A DNA stretch of 64,000 bases from Hydrolagus colliei (taxonomy: Eukaryota): NCBI GenBank assembly GCA_035084275.1, contig CM068749.1, positions 14,632,001-14,696,000 of the forward strand. Reading direction: 5' to 3'. Positions 52,940 to 64,000 of the stretch are shown piece after piece. The notes beneath the pieces were generated by a model. That model searched no databases. It was not told the origin of the DNA and was given only the letters and a program-made list of their open reading frames with translations. The translations under genes and the position numbers were made by a program. Each line of letters opens with the position of its first letter. The first letter of the stretch is position 1.

Positions 52940-53158
52940 TGTATGATCTTTCAGCCACTATGCCCTCAAACTCTGGAACATTTTCCCTTAATCCCTCCAT
53001 CTTGCTCCCTTTCTCCACCTCTTCAAGTACCGCCTGAAAACCTTTCTCTTCAGCCATATTTACGGACACCTCCCCCCAACCCACTGTCACTGTAATCGCC
53101 CTGAAACACTTCCTGGCATGGAGAGCACTATATAAGTGCAAGTTGTTGTTATTGTTAT
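52940..53158 (+). mobile_element. L2 3' fragment
   Basis: ctctggaac...cttcaagtaccgcctgaaaacctttctcttc; tail gcactatataagtgcaagttgttgtt. Confidence 0.8.
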
Positions 53159-54908
53159 ATTGTAAATTCATTTTCCGATGCTATTCGGAGCCTTGACGGC
53201 AATCATTGTTGGGAAACACACTTCACATGTTTAAAATACTACTGTATGAAGCTCTAATGTCCCCCAAATGATTCCATAGCATAATGTTATGTTAAAGATT
53301 GGCATCGGGAAAGTGCCGCCAAGTTATTGGGGTCCATTTTATAACTGTATACTGTATTTAGTTTCAAATTGCTAGAGGTATTCTTCTACAATCAAAATAC
53401 CACATGTTTGATCTGTTAATTTTATTTTACTCTTTTGCTTTCCTGAAAGGGAAGCAAAAAAAGGTAATTTCCTTGGATCATTTAAGTTAATTTTCAATTT
53501 TGTTTCAGGATTGTATCTGAAAATATTGTATTGTGCACAAATGGAGTAAATTGAATGCAATGGAATATTACCTATCACATCCCACTGAATGTGAAATTGA
53601 GTTTGGACGTTCACTTAAAATAAAGAAAACAGTTACATTTTTATGACACAAATAAATATCAAAACATTTTAGACAAAAAGGACTTGCTGATCCTGTTGCT
53701 TAGAGAGTCAAACCACAGGGGTCCTGTGATGTAAAATGCTAAAAATGAATTCAGAATCCTCCATACAAATGTCCCCAGCCAGCACATTTGTAAATTAAAT
53801 TCCTCAACTCAGTGGAGAAATGGGTAAGTGCTTCCACTATTAGAGATCATGTAGTGGTAAAATGAGTGAAAGTTGCCGTCCACAGTGACAAAAACAATCT
53901 CTGGAAAAACTAGCGAAAAAGAGGAAGCTCTGAAGTGAAATCTTGGCTTCGATGATAAAATGTCACTGATGATAGAATGTAGTTTTCCCTACAAAAGTAT
54001 AATCCTCCAAGATGAGATAATAGCTGCTATTAATTCTATTAATATCTGGCTTGTAACTACCGGCTTCAAAACAGTTGCACGGCAGGTGGAAAAAGGGTAG
54101 TTCAAAAGAACAATTAAAACTAAAAAATGCTACTGTATTTTTTTTGCCAAAATACGTACATCATGGACTACCAGCAAAATGAACTGACTGCCAGGAAAAA
54201 TTACTATGATATTTTCTATCGAAGGCAAAACTTGTGGACCCATTTTAATTTGTGAAGCCGCACTTTCCATTGCCTCATGAGACCAGATGTCGCGGGCTTC
54301 GGGAGGCTGATCATATCCATGTCAGACACTAATGAGAGGGTACATCTTCAACTCTACAATCAAAATCAAAGTGAGCATGGAGACTGAATTGAGGTAACGT
54401 TCACTCCTATCATGTTACTGAGTAATGCCCTGGAGATGCAATTGCATGGCATGACTTTCTTTTAGTATCACTGGATTGCAAGATATCTGATGAATCTTTT
54501 GATAGGCAAGTAGTCCAACAAAGGCTATTATACTTGCAATATCATGTAGTCTAATGCAACATCATACAGAATCTGCACAATTTAAGCATAAACTAAAGAA
54601 CAGATCATGAAATGAATGGTTTAGGGTATCAGAACTCCAAGACCAGGATTTAAATATGATTACTGAACTCAGTCAATTTACCAATGTAGCTAAGCAACCT
54701 GTTTGCTTTGTGTATTGCTGATTGCGTGATATTAATTAATTACTGTTGAGTGATCCAACTCATTTATTTGTTTTCTGGTAAATACCTTCCTTTGGGCTAG
54801 ATTTCCCACTTATCTATGGTAGATTCACTAACAAACCATAACTTTACTGCCAAAAAGATAATTCTTTACATTTTTCTTTCAGCACAGCAACAAACGCAAT
54901 GCTGAATA

Positions 54909-55227
54909 ACAATAATAATCCTTGCATTTTGATATAGCGCTTTTCTCATCTTATCGAATTCTCAAAGCGCTTCACAGAATACACTGTAAAGTGAATAGAC
55001 TGTATATTTGTGGGCAAAACACGGCAGCCAATTGCGCACAGCAGTGTCCCACAAACAGTCATGGATTGAAATGACCAATTTTATTATTCTGCATTTTTGG
55101 GACGGATTATTATTAAGCATGTGGAGTAGGGAAACTTGCCCAAGGTTTCGCCCTGACCTGCCTGGATTCAAACACAGGTCTCACGCTTGTAAGGCAAGTG
55201 CTCCAACTGCTGAGCTACAGGAACTCC
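54909..55227 (-). mobile_element. tRNA-derived SINE, full length (~320 bp)
   Basis: Minus strand ggagttcctgtagctcagcagttggagcac...tttgaatcc head, Deu-like core, tail aaagcgctatatcaaaatgcaaggattattatt. Confidence 0.9.
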
Positions 55228-56924
55228 ACTCTAAAGTATTTAACTATCAAATTAAATGTGTGATGCAATGGATCAAGCTTGGTTTCTGTTTATGTTGCTG
55301 GAAAGTTAAAGGTTTAAAAGGAAGATTAACTGCATCTAACAAAAAACATGCTAATCTATAAATAGATAAAATACTTTGATGCCAGAAGATGTATGAATTC
55401 ACAAACTTCATCTCTACTCAGCATATTGTTGACCTGAAATTGCAAATGTTCACTGAAAATGGTGATAACTGCAGAAAACCTCTGGATCTTGTGAGGTCTG
55501 TCAAGGACAAAATCACCTTAAACCAACAAATCCAATATGCATTTAGAGGGGAAATCACTCATGCAGAGGATTTGTTGACACACGTTTTCAGCTTGAAGTC
55601 CAGTTTGAAGTAGAGGAAAGGATTCAGATTGCACGCTTCAAAGATTGACTTTGAAATTGAAGACAAACACAATTTTTAAACAGTGACTAGCTAATATCTA
55701 TAAAAGGTACATCATTTGTCATGGCTATCATAAAATCTTTATGTAAAAGCAATGACTGGAAAGACCTTGTGCTTTCAAAGTGCTTTATCATGTCAAAACA
55801 TCTCACGAGCACTTCACAAATAATTGCTGTCAGTTCCATTGAATGTTTTCATAGGCACATATCACAGTCATTATGTGCGAACAAGGTACCACAAAGAGAA
55901 ATGTGTCAAAATCGCAATTAATCTGAATGAAGCTTCAGAAGAAGCTCTCACTAATTTTCATTTCTGGATGTGCACTGTTTATTCTGCACATTTTGGCCAG
56001 CTAATATTGTAAAACGTGCTTTCTGAGTGATCAAATCATTAAAATGGTACTTGAGGGCACAAAGAACTTGCTAGGAATTTAGGTTGATGGCCAAATCCAC
56101 CAACAGTTAACTTCACATCCAGTGCTCTTGTTCCATTCCAACGATTCAAGATAAGTGCTTGAAAATGATCTGGGGTACAGTACTGTGTTCAGGAACAACC
56201 AGCCCCTATACAGTGCATAGCTTCAAGTATCAGATTGCAATACAAGGGCAGGGTCAAATACTGAGTAAGGGAGAGGGGTGGAAAAGGGAATAACAAAAGC
56301 AACAGCTTAAAGTAATACAATAGTTATTATTAAATATGTTCAAGTGCAATACAGTACAGTAATTGGTTTAATTTATGCATTAACTGAACGAAAGCCCCTG
56401 CATATATTTTAATACACATAACTAACTACTATAGTAAATTTATTTATAGCTTCATGACAAAATAGAGTTTTTCTTAAAAAAAAGCAATGCTTGTGATTTT
56501 TTTTCATATTGGTGAATGATGAATACTGCAATATTACAACAACAACACAATTATATATTAGGTTCTTATTCTGCAATTTCCAAGGCATTGCCTTGGAGAT
56601 TTAGAAAGAAATGTCAGTATTCCTGTTCTTGAAAGTTACATCTGTGATTATCCAACTTCAATTCAGCAAATTAAATACTTTGGTGTCAACACCATGACAG
56701 CACATCTGAGTACTTTCTCTATTGGAAAGTGCAGCTTCATTGAGCCGAATGATCTTTGCATACCTTCTTAAACTAGTTTACACTTTAAATGCTGAAAGTA
56801 ACTAGAACTCAGACAGAATTATTTCAGGGGATTTATTGCAAAACACAGGATGTTTCTAATTTAGAAACCGATATCACTCTTACTGTGGCAATGGCTACAT
56901 ATAGAATTCAGGCTGTACTTTCAC

Positions 56925-57130
56925 ACTCACTCAGGATCCCTCCAACTTGCCCCCTCCCTCACCTTACTGCAGGCAGTTTAGATACACTTTCAAATCCCAG
57001 CTAAAGACCTTCATTTTTGATCATATTTAGTCACCTCCCACCTCCGTCTCTCCTTGACTTGGACTCCACCACTGTCAAGCACTCCGGGTAACGTGAAGGG
57101 TACTATATAAATACAAGCTGTTGTTGTTAT
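56925..57130 (+). mobile_element. L2 3' fragment
   Basis: ttcaaatcccagctaaagaccttcatttttg (FKSQLKTFIF) and tail acgtgaagggtactatataaatacaagctgttgttg. Confidence 0.75.
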
Positions 57131-59099
57131 CAGGCCCACATCAGGTACTATATTCTCTACATTGTATTTCTTCAGATAAAAGTTTCCCTAGAGCTGGTGA
57201 GTAGGTGACATCATAAAGCATTAATATTTGATTTCAGGCATTGCAGTAAGTTCGCTTTGACACAGTGGTCAAATCTAATTTTCCACAACTGTTGGTATGA
57301 ATGATATACCCATCAAAGCAAATAAAGATTATAAACACTTAATAAATGGAAAAGATTAAGCAGGATTGCTAAGAGATCATCTCGGAAGGTTATAATGACT
57401 GGTGAGCTGGAAATGTGCGAGACAGTAGGGTTCAATGTGAATATATAATGACCTTTGCATTTGATATTGCTTTAATGCCACCTCTCTATCATTAAATAAC
57501 TGAGCATATTGGCCCATTGGCTAGAAAATTATAGCCTTAAATGAGGTACTGAATGGCTGTAAAACTGATGTACTGCAATGCAGCCTCTATAGCATAAACA
57601 TAGTAGAATATATCAATATCTAAAAGGAACTGGTTTAGAGTTTTCAAAATTCATATTGGCTCATTACTAAAAAAAGAATAAACAGCCTCTACATGCACAA
57701 TGCATTAAAATGATATGAATTTTAAATATTGTTTGTTACTATAGTATTTTGTGATTTGGGATTGGGACCTAAATTCAGTTAAACTGATTTATATTATTTT
57801 GAAGTAGAATGACTGCAAACATATACAAGAGAACAACAGTGTACTTACTTCAAAGATATGTGTTAAACACTAATGGCATTTTGAATTCCTTCCAGCGCTT
57901 TGAGACATCCTCCTGACATAAAAGATGCTATAAAAATATAATTTTGTTGTTGCTGTTGTTGTCACAAACAAACGAACAAGGGGTTTAATAGCCAATAATG
58001 AGCAAAATATCTGCATCTATTCTGCACAGATTCATTTGCCTTGCAATTGTTTAAAGTATCTGTGCATCTTCATTATTTTTCGAAGATACACGAAGATTTT
58101 CGTGTAATCTTCACTTCACAAGGAATCAAATCCCAGAATTCAGGTAGAAGTGCAACAAGCCAACCTTACTGTAGACAGCTTAGACACATAGCCAGGAGCA
58201 GTTATGGTACAATGCACTAGTTCTACCTGACTTTGCCTGCATCACCTTCCGCTTTTGGGATTATTTGGGCCCAGTCATCAGGTTTATGGTTCCGTGCCTA
58301 ACAAGCCACCAATCGTATCATTGTGTGATCCAACATGAAAGAAGGAGACTAACGTTTTTGTTTTGAACACTGATAACTTGGATTTTCCTTATCCCATGTC
58401 AGCCAGTCAAAATGGACAATCCAACAGACTCTTATTTTTCCCCGTCAATTTATCAATTAACAAGAATGTTAAAGATCAAATGTGGAGCAAATGGTACTTT
58501 CCCTGCGGTGCTACTCAATCAGTTCTGAACATCATTGCAAACCACCAGGGTAGGATAAGTAAAGTCCTCATGTGGGTGATCAATATTCACAGGTTTTCAT
58601 TTATAACTTGAAAACTGTGTTATGCTAGTGAAACAGAGGGACTGGATTATATGCTCATTGGTATTACTCAGTAAATGAAAAAATATCAATTATAGGCCAA
58701 AAATTGCAAACGTACTAATTTGAAGGTTTAAATTCCATTCAACCGTGAAGAAAACCCATCTCTGTGAAACTCGAGAGCAATCGATCTGCTGAAGAATAGA
58801 TTAAAGAATGTTAATTCGACCATCTGTGCATACACATTAAGTTTATTGCAAAACACCTATCTCTAAAATTAATAAAATACCCGTTACTGTTGGATTTAAT
58901 GAACAAGGCAGCAAGGATGGCTTGTATTTGAGGAATTTGCATAATATGTCTTCCTGTAACAGTAATGTTAAAATGACCCATGAGAAGTTCACTCCAAAAG
59001 TAAATCCCTCCATGGCTTTGCCCCACCCTACTTCTGTGACCTCCTGTAATCCTGTTGCCCCGACCGATCCCCCCACTCACCTATAGGCTTGCCTCACAC

Positions 59100-59180
59100 A
59101 ACAATAATAATAATAATAATAATCCTTGCATTTGATACAGCATTTTTCACGTCTTCAGGACATCCCAAAGCGCTTATACA
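59100..59180 (-). mobile_element. SINE tail with (AAT)n
   Basis: (aat)7 ccttgcatttgatacagc...catcccaaagcgctt. Confidence 0.8.
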
Positions 59181-61465
59181 ATCTGCATGCACAACACACC
59201 ACTAATGAGTGAGGTACCAGCCTTTCTCCCTCCACTCTCTGGAACGAGATCTTGCCACCTTCCATCTCTTCTACTGTGTGTTCAGGACCCAGAATTAATA
59301 ATTTATTTCTGCAATGTCCACAGTGAAGAGGAGCCAGGGAGGCCATGCTTCAATTGGCACACAAGCTTTGGCCAAGTACATAAGGTGTTTAGAATTTCAG
59401 GCATCCTGAAGATGAATCAGGATCTGACCGCAATTTAAAAAGGGATATTGCTTTTCACAAACTTGGTTGTTGCACTTTGTAAGATAATCAAAGGTACTGA
59501 CTCCCCCCACCCCCAGCTCGCTCCAGTTACAGCTTGTCCTTGATCGGATCATTCCGACTTTAAAACTCAGCTCCAGGTGCCAATTTTCACTGCAACTAAT
59601 GAAAATTGGAAAGTAAAAGTCCTTATCATTTTCACATTATGCCATCGACGAGATGCTGCACACCAGCTCACGGTCTGCTCAATTACATTACCATGAAGGG
59701 TCACATTTAAGTCGAATTTCTCCTCCCCGAACATTTATTTCAATTGACTGCTACAGCTGTTTTGATGTTCTTGAAGAACCTTTTCCATACTCTCACTAGC
59801 TTTCAAAGAGAAGTATGTTAAGTGCAATTCAAATCCCTAGACTGTTTTACGTGAGTTATACATCAAAATCAAATTACTGTATTGATCAGGGCTGAAACAC
59901 AAATAAAGCAAATCATGTTTTTAATGGTCAGCTAGGTCTGACACATGGAGACCTAGCTGTTTAAGCATCAACCTGTTTAAGAGTATCCAAACCAAGATGA
60001 GAATTCCATGCATACCCACCTAAACATGGAAATTCCAAAAGTAAAGAAACCCCACAAACAATGTTCTTACAACATGGCCATTTGGAAGAGTGTAGAGTAT
60101 CATACTGTGTGTTCCTGGAGGGGAGGGCATTGCATTAGAATAAAGGAAAATATTTTTAATTCTTGGGCTGAATGCACCGTACAAATGTAATTTTGTTGTT
60201 GTGGATCTTGGTGCAGATTTCTCTACAATTGTTAACCCTCAAGAATCCCAGTAACTAAAACATCTTCACCCATATAGTGTGTGGGGGTTGGGGAGGGGAG
60301 GGAGGGCGGGGCAAATATCAATCTTGCAGTTATACAGTATAGATTACATTTCTGAATCCCTGACAGATTCCAATACAAAGTCAAAATCCCACACAAGTAT
60401 TTTTCAGTGGAAATCTTGGACACCCAGCTACTATCCAGGATAAGATGCTCAATGCCGAACAGTGAGAGGCATTGACAAGTATACAAGGATAAAACCATTA
60501 CCCTTCCATCAAAAACATTTATATTACAGTAAAACAAATAAACGAACATCCTCAACAAATCAAAAACACGTCCTTTATTCTCATCATACTACACCAGAAG
60601 AAGTAGGCTTGATCTTGGTACTGGATGCCTAAAATATACCATATTATTTAAATAAGTTAAAGAACACCACCATACATTGTTACATTCATCTTATTGTGGA
60701 GATAATGTAGCCTAAGTGCTCAACTTACTGCAAGCCTTTGTATGCAGTTGATCTAGGCTGTCTCAGAAGAGTGACAAGGAAATAGTTGGCTTTCTCAAGA
60801 TAAATTGAAGTGCTGTACCTTTGCTGAAGTTCATGAAAAATAGTAAACCATGTACTTGACTTTTTTTTTCTTTTTAAACAATCGGTCAACAGTAGCCACA
60901 ACATTTACTGAATCTGTTTAATAAAATGTTTATCTGTTCTAATACTAGATATTTTGTTCCGATTAGAAGGAATTGCCTGGTTTCCACCAATTGAAAATAA
61001 CTTTGAAGGCAATTCAATTGTATGACAATGAAGCTCATTATACCTTTGGGTACGTCTATTGGTGCAATGCTGTGATTTAAGCCAGTTAAGTAGAATTGAA
61101 TGTTTAATCTATTCTGACAACCTTGTGCACAATGCCAACAGATGTTTCCTCTCCCTCCTTCACTAGCACAGCAACAGGTGTCTTCATCACAGCTTTGCTC
61201 AAACCTGGCGTATTGCCATTAATCACGGGCTAACTCGATAAACCATTAACAGTAAAAAAATTCCATCTTTGTACTTATACAAAACATTGTATCCTGATCA
61301 ATCAGGATTTAAAAAAATAAATTGCTTTCACACTTCTCTCTTCCTCGATGAGGATACTGCTCAATCTTCGATTCTTACCTTGCGGAGTCTAGAATAAAAA
61401 AAACACTTTCAATTTCTTTCAGTGAACTGTTGGCTGGTTGCTAAGATACTGCCACGGTAGCTCTA

Positions 61466-61625
61466 ACAAAAACAGAAGTAGCTGGGAACACTCAGCAGGT
61501 CGAGCAGCATCTATGGAGAAAGAAAAATGAGTCAACGTTTTAGGTCCACTGACCCTTCATCAGAACTGGGGCATGTTGGGAGGCAGAGGCTTTTAAGAGC
61601 TAATAACGAGTGGGGAGGCAGGGCA
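61466..61625 (-). mobile_element. Penelope-like element terminal (pseudo-LTR) fragment
   Basis: acagaagtagctgggaacactcagcaggtcgagcagcatctatggag...caacgtttt...gacccttcatcagaact resembles the common chondrichthyan PLE terminus as I recall it; hammerhead-like core on the minus strand. Confidence 0.7.
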
Positions 61626-63532
61626 AGGAAGACAAAGGAAAAAATGGGATAGAGGACAGGGGATGATAAGGGAAAGTGACAATCTCATCAGCTATATTGA
61701 GTTTCTGGTTTATGATGGTTGACTTCACTCAACAAATTTGAATTGTTTTAGGCAATAAGAGTGCATTACCTTTATACTCAGCCTCCAAACAATGCCATGA
61801 AGTACCCGCTAATGAAAATTCTGCTTGATTGATCAAGACCTAGCTAATTTTAATTTCAAGCTATTAAAGGGCAAGAAAAATCTAAATGGATTTTTCTGTT
61901 CAAAATAGTCTGTATAGAAAGGGGGAGTGGGGGTCTGTAGGGGGGTGAAGGAAAGAATTTATAACAGTACAGATTGCATGTGATAAATATTTTTTTTATG
62001 GTTAAGTGTTTCTTATAGTCTCTCTTTCTAGGATGAATGTGTAAAAATATGTTCAAGTGTCCTCCAATGAATTCAAATTGCTTAATGACTGCTGTAAACT
62101 TTGTGGTTAAAAATAAAAGAAACTTATCTTCCACTCTGCAGATCTGAAACTATTGGAGAAGAGTCTTTAAACAGAGTTTATATTTTTTTTCTGCAAATTT
62201 AAACCAACTATTTTTATCATGGATCTTTACAGAAAGATCTTTTGGGGGTTAGGGTTGAGAACACAGCAAGAAAACCAACCTCATTGTCGTCATACACTAT
62301 GTAATGGGTTAGAAATAATTTTCTACATTTAATGCTGCAGAAATATAAAGCCTTCAGAAAGTTAATTTCAAATCTACATTGAAATATCTATTGAACAGGA
62401 GGACATCACAGCGGATGACACTTATGGTATCCAACCTCCATTGATTTTTTAAAAAAAAGCAACAAGAGTGATTATTCTGCTCCGTGTGTTCCATGCAGAA
62501 AACTTGCTGATGTGGGTTAAGTGCTATTGTGCTTGGTTTGGTAAATTCAGTGAATTAATCCCCACACTCTTATAAAACACATGCAATCTAACCATTGACA
62601 GCTTTCCTGAATTTACTTTGGATAACTTTTTTTTTGGAGGAGTCCTTCACAAAAGTGCATTGATTGAAACTCTAAAAACAGACCAGTAAAAGATACGAGA
62701 AAATGTCTGTAGGAAACTGAACTTTAGGTTCAGTCTCCCTGCAAGTCAAACAGAATCAAAACTATTCAAATGAATTCTGTTGCACAATTGGAGAGTGTGT
62801 CTGAAAACGGGCAGGTCAGGTGGCCAGATATCCAGAGAGGAATATTGGATATGATCAACACACACTATTATTTCCAGATATCCTCCCCCAATAAACATAG
62901 CTATTTCTCAGACTACTGTGTTCCTGAATTTTATAGGCAGAAACTTTCTTGCGGGCTAATATTTTTGTCACAAGAGCATGCTATGCCACTTCCGTTTTCG
63001 TATTTCAAGTTTTAAGATGTCATGTATAGTTTTGAACTCAAAATGAACTCAAACAAAGATAGGACGTTTGCATTTTCAGATCCATATTTGAAACTTAACA
63101 GTAACACTGAGCAGACATTAGGCCTGGAAGAAAAAGGATCAACATCAACCAATTTAAACCTAATAACCATCAATCCCAAGAAGAATTAAATCTTTGCCTA
63201 ATCCAGGCTCAGTAATCGACAATATAGCTGTGATTAAACCAAATGTAAGATGCTGAAAAGGAAAATTGGCCCCTGTATATAATTTTAATTCAGATATTTG
63301 GAAATAAAACTTGATTGGTTAAATATAGACCATCCAGAAAGAGACTCAGCTCAATGCTGCATCCTAAGTATTCATTTTATTTTGCTTTTGTGAAAACTCC
63401 CATCAATTTCAGTAAATAAAAAAAATTGGAAAACAGATCTGACAGTATTGAGCTCAGCTGTGCTAAATGCAAGAAAAAACATGAACACAATTTAACTACT
63501 TTTAAATTCTGACCTGAATTTTATTTATCAGT

Positions 63533-63705
63533 CCACGACTGTTTGTGTGAAACTGCTGTGTGCAATCGGCTGCCACATTTTACCCACAAAACACACAGTC
63601 ACTACACTTTACAGTACACTTTACTATGAAGTGATTTGAAATACGAAGATGTGTCAAGGCTCTATAATCAAATGTAAGGATTATTATTATTATATTATTA
63701 TTATT
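63533..63705 (+). mobile_element. SINE 3' half with (TTA)n tail
   Basis: ctgtttgtgtgaaactgctgtgtgcaatcggctgcc...aaatgtaagga(tta)n. Confidence 0.8.
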
Positions 63706-64000
63706 GGCATTATTTATCCACTATCACTCAAGGAGACAAATAGCTCAAATGGGTTAAATAACTTGACATAGCACTGCAAGAAGCGTGAAGGTGGCCTCTG
63801 AATGGCCTTTGGATATAACAACCACCATTTGCAGTTTAATTAAAACTATTCATGATTAAAGTGATGGTCCTGTACCATAGTGCAGGCAGCAGTGCTATCC
63901 ATTAGATTATATGATAAAAATCAAGGTCCTGTTCACATCATGTACCCTACAACACCATTTAAAAAGAGAAGGATGTATTGGCCCTAAATCCCCCAGCTGA

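Noticed and set aside
54330-54400. Possible LF-SINE remnant (catggagactgaa)
   Set aside because: Only a ~13-nt recalled match; flanks do not align convincingly.
55150-55227. Functional tRNA gene
   Set aside because: Mutated B-box, no acceptor stem or poly-T terminator, and continuous with SINE body and tail.
42493-55361. Similar peptides (LWAKHSSQLRTAVSHKQ) in ORFs at 39871, 42493 and 55008 as a small protein family
   Set aside because: They are antisense translations of the same SINE core.

Overview
Vertebrate genomic DNA, AT-rich. The repeat content resembles a cartilaginous fish, possibly a chimaera (inference only). The first half (5647-~33330, + strand) holds the last 22 coding exons of a clade-B fibrillar collagen, best matching COL11A1 (about human exons 46-67; numbering from recalled homology). 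There are 17 phase-0 Gly-X-Y exons of 54/108/36 nt (124 uninterrupted triplets) and five C-telopeptide/C-propeptide exons (247, 113, 69, 234, 147 nt) ending ...[10 protein letters not shown]. All introns are GT-AG. The spliced CDS in the window is 1926 nt (641 aa plus stop); the 5' part of the gene lies upstream. A ~2 kb 3'UTR has miR-29 seed sites and three AATAAA signals. From ~33.4 kb to the end I see no coding exon, only intergenic DNA with L2 and CR1 LINE fragments, tRNA-derived SINEs, a Penelope-like terminus and microsatellites. I found no convincing novel system. Best leads: a degenerate hammerhead ribozyme in the Penelope-like terminus, a C-propeptide keeping all 8 cysteines, a rare GAG splice acceptor, an apparently deeply conserved 3'UTR block and several unexplained hairpins. 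Repeat boundaries are approximate and family names come from motif recognition, not searches.
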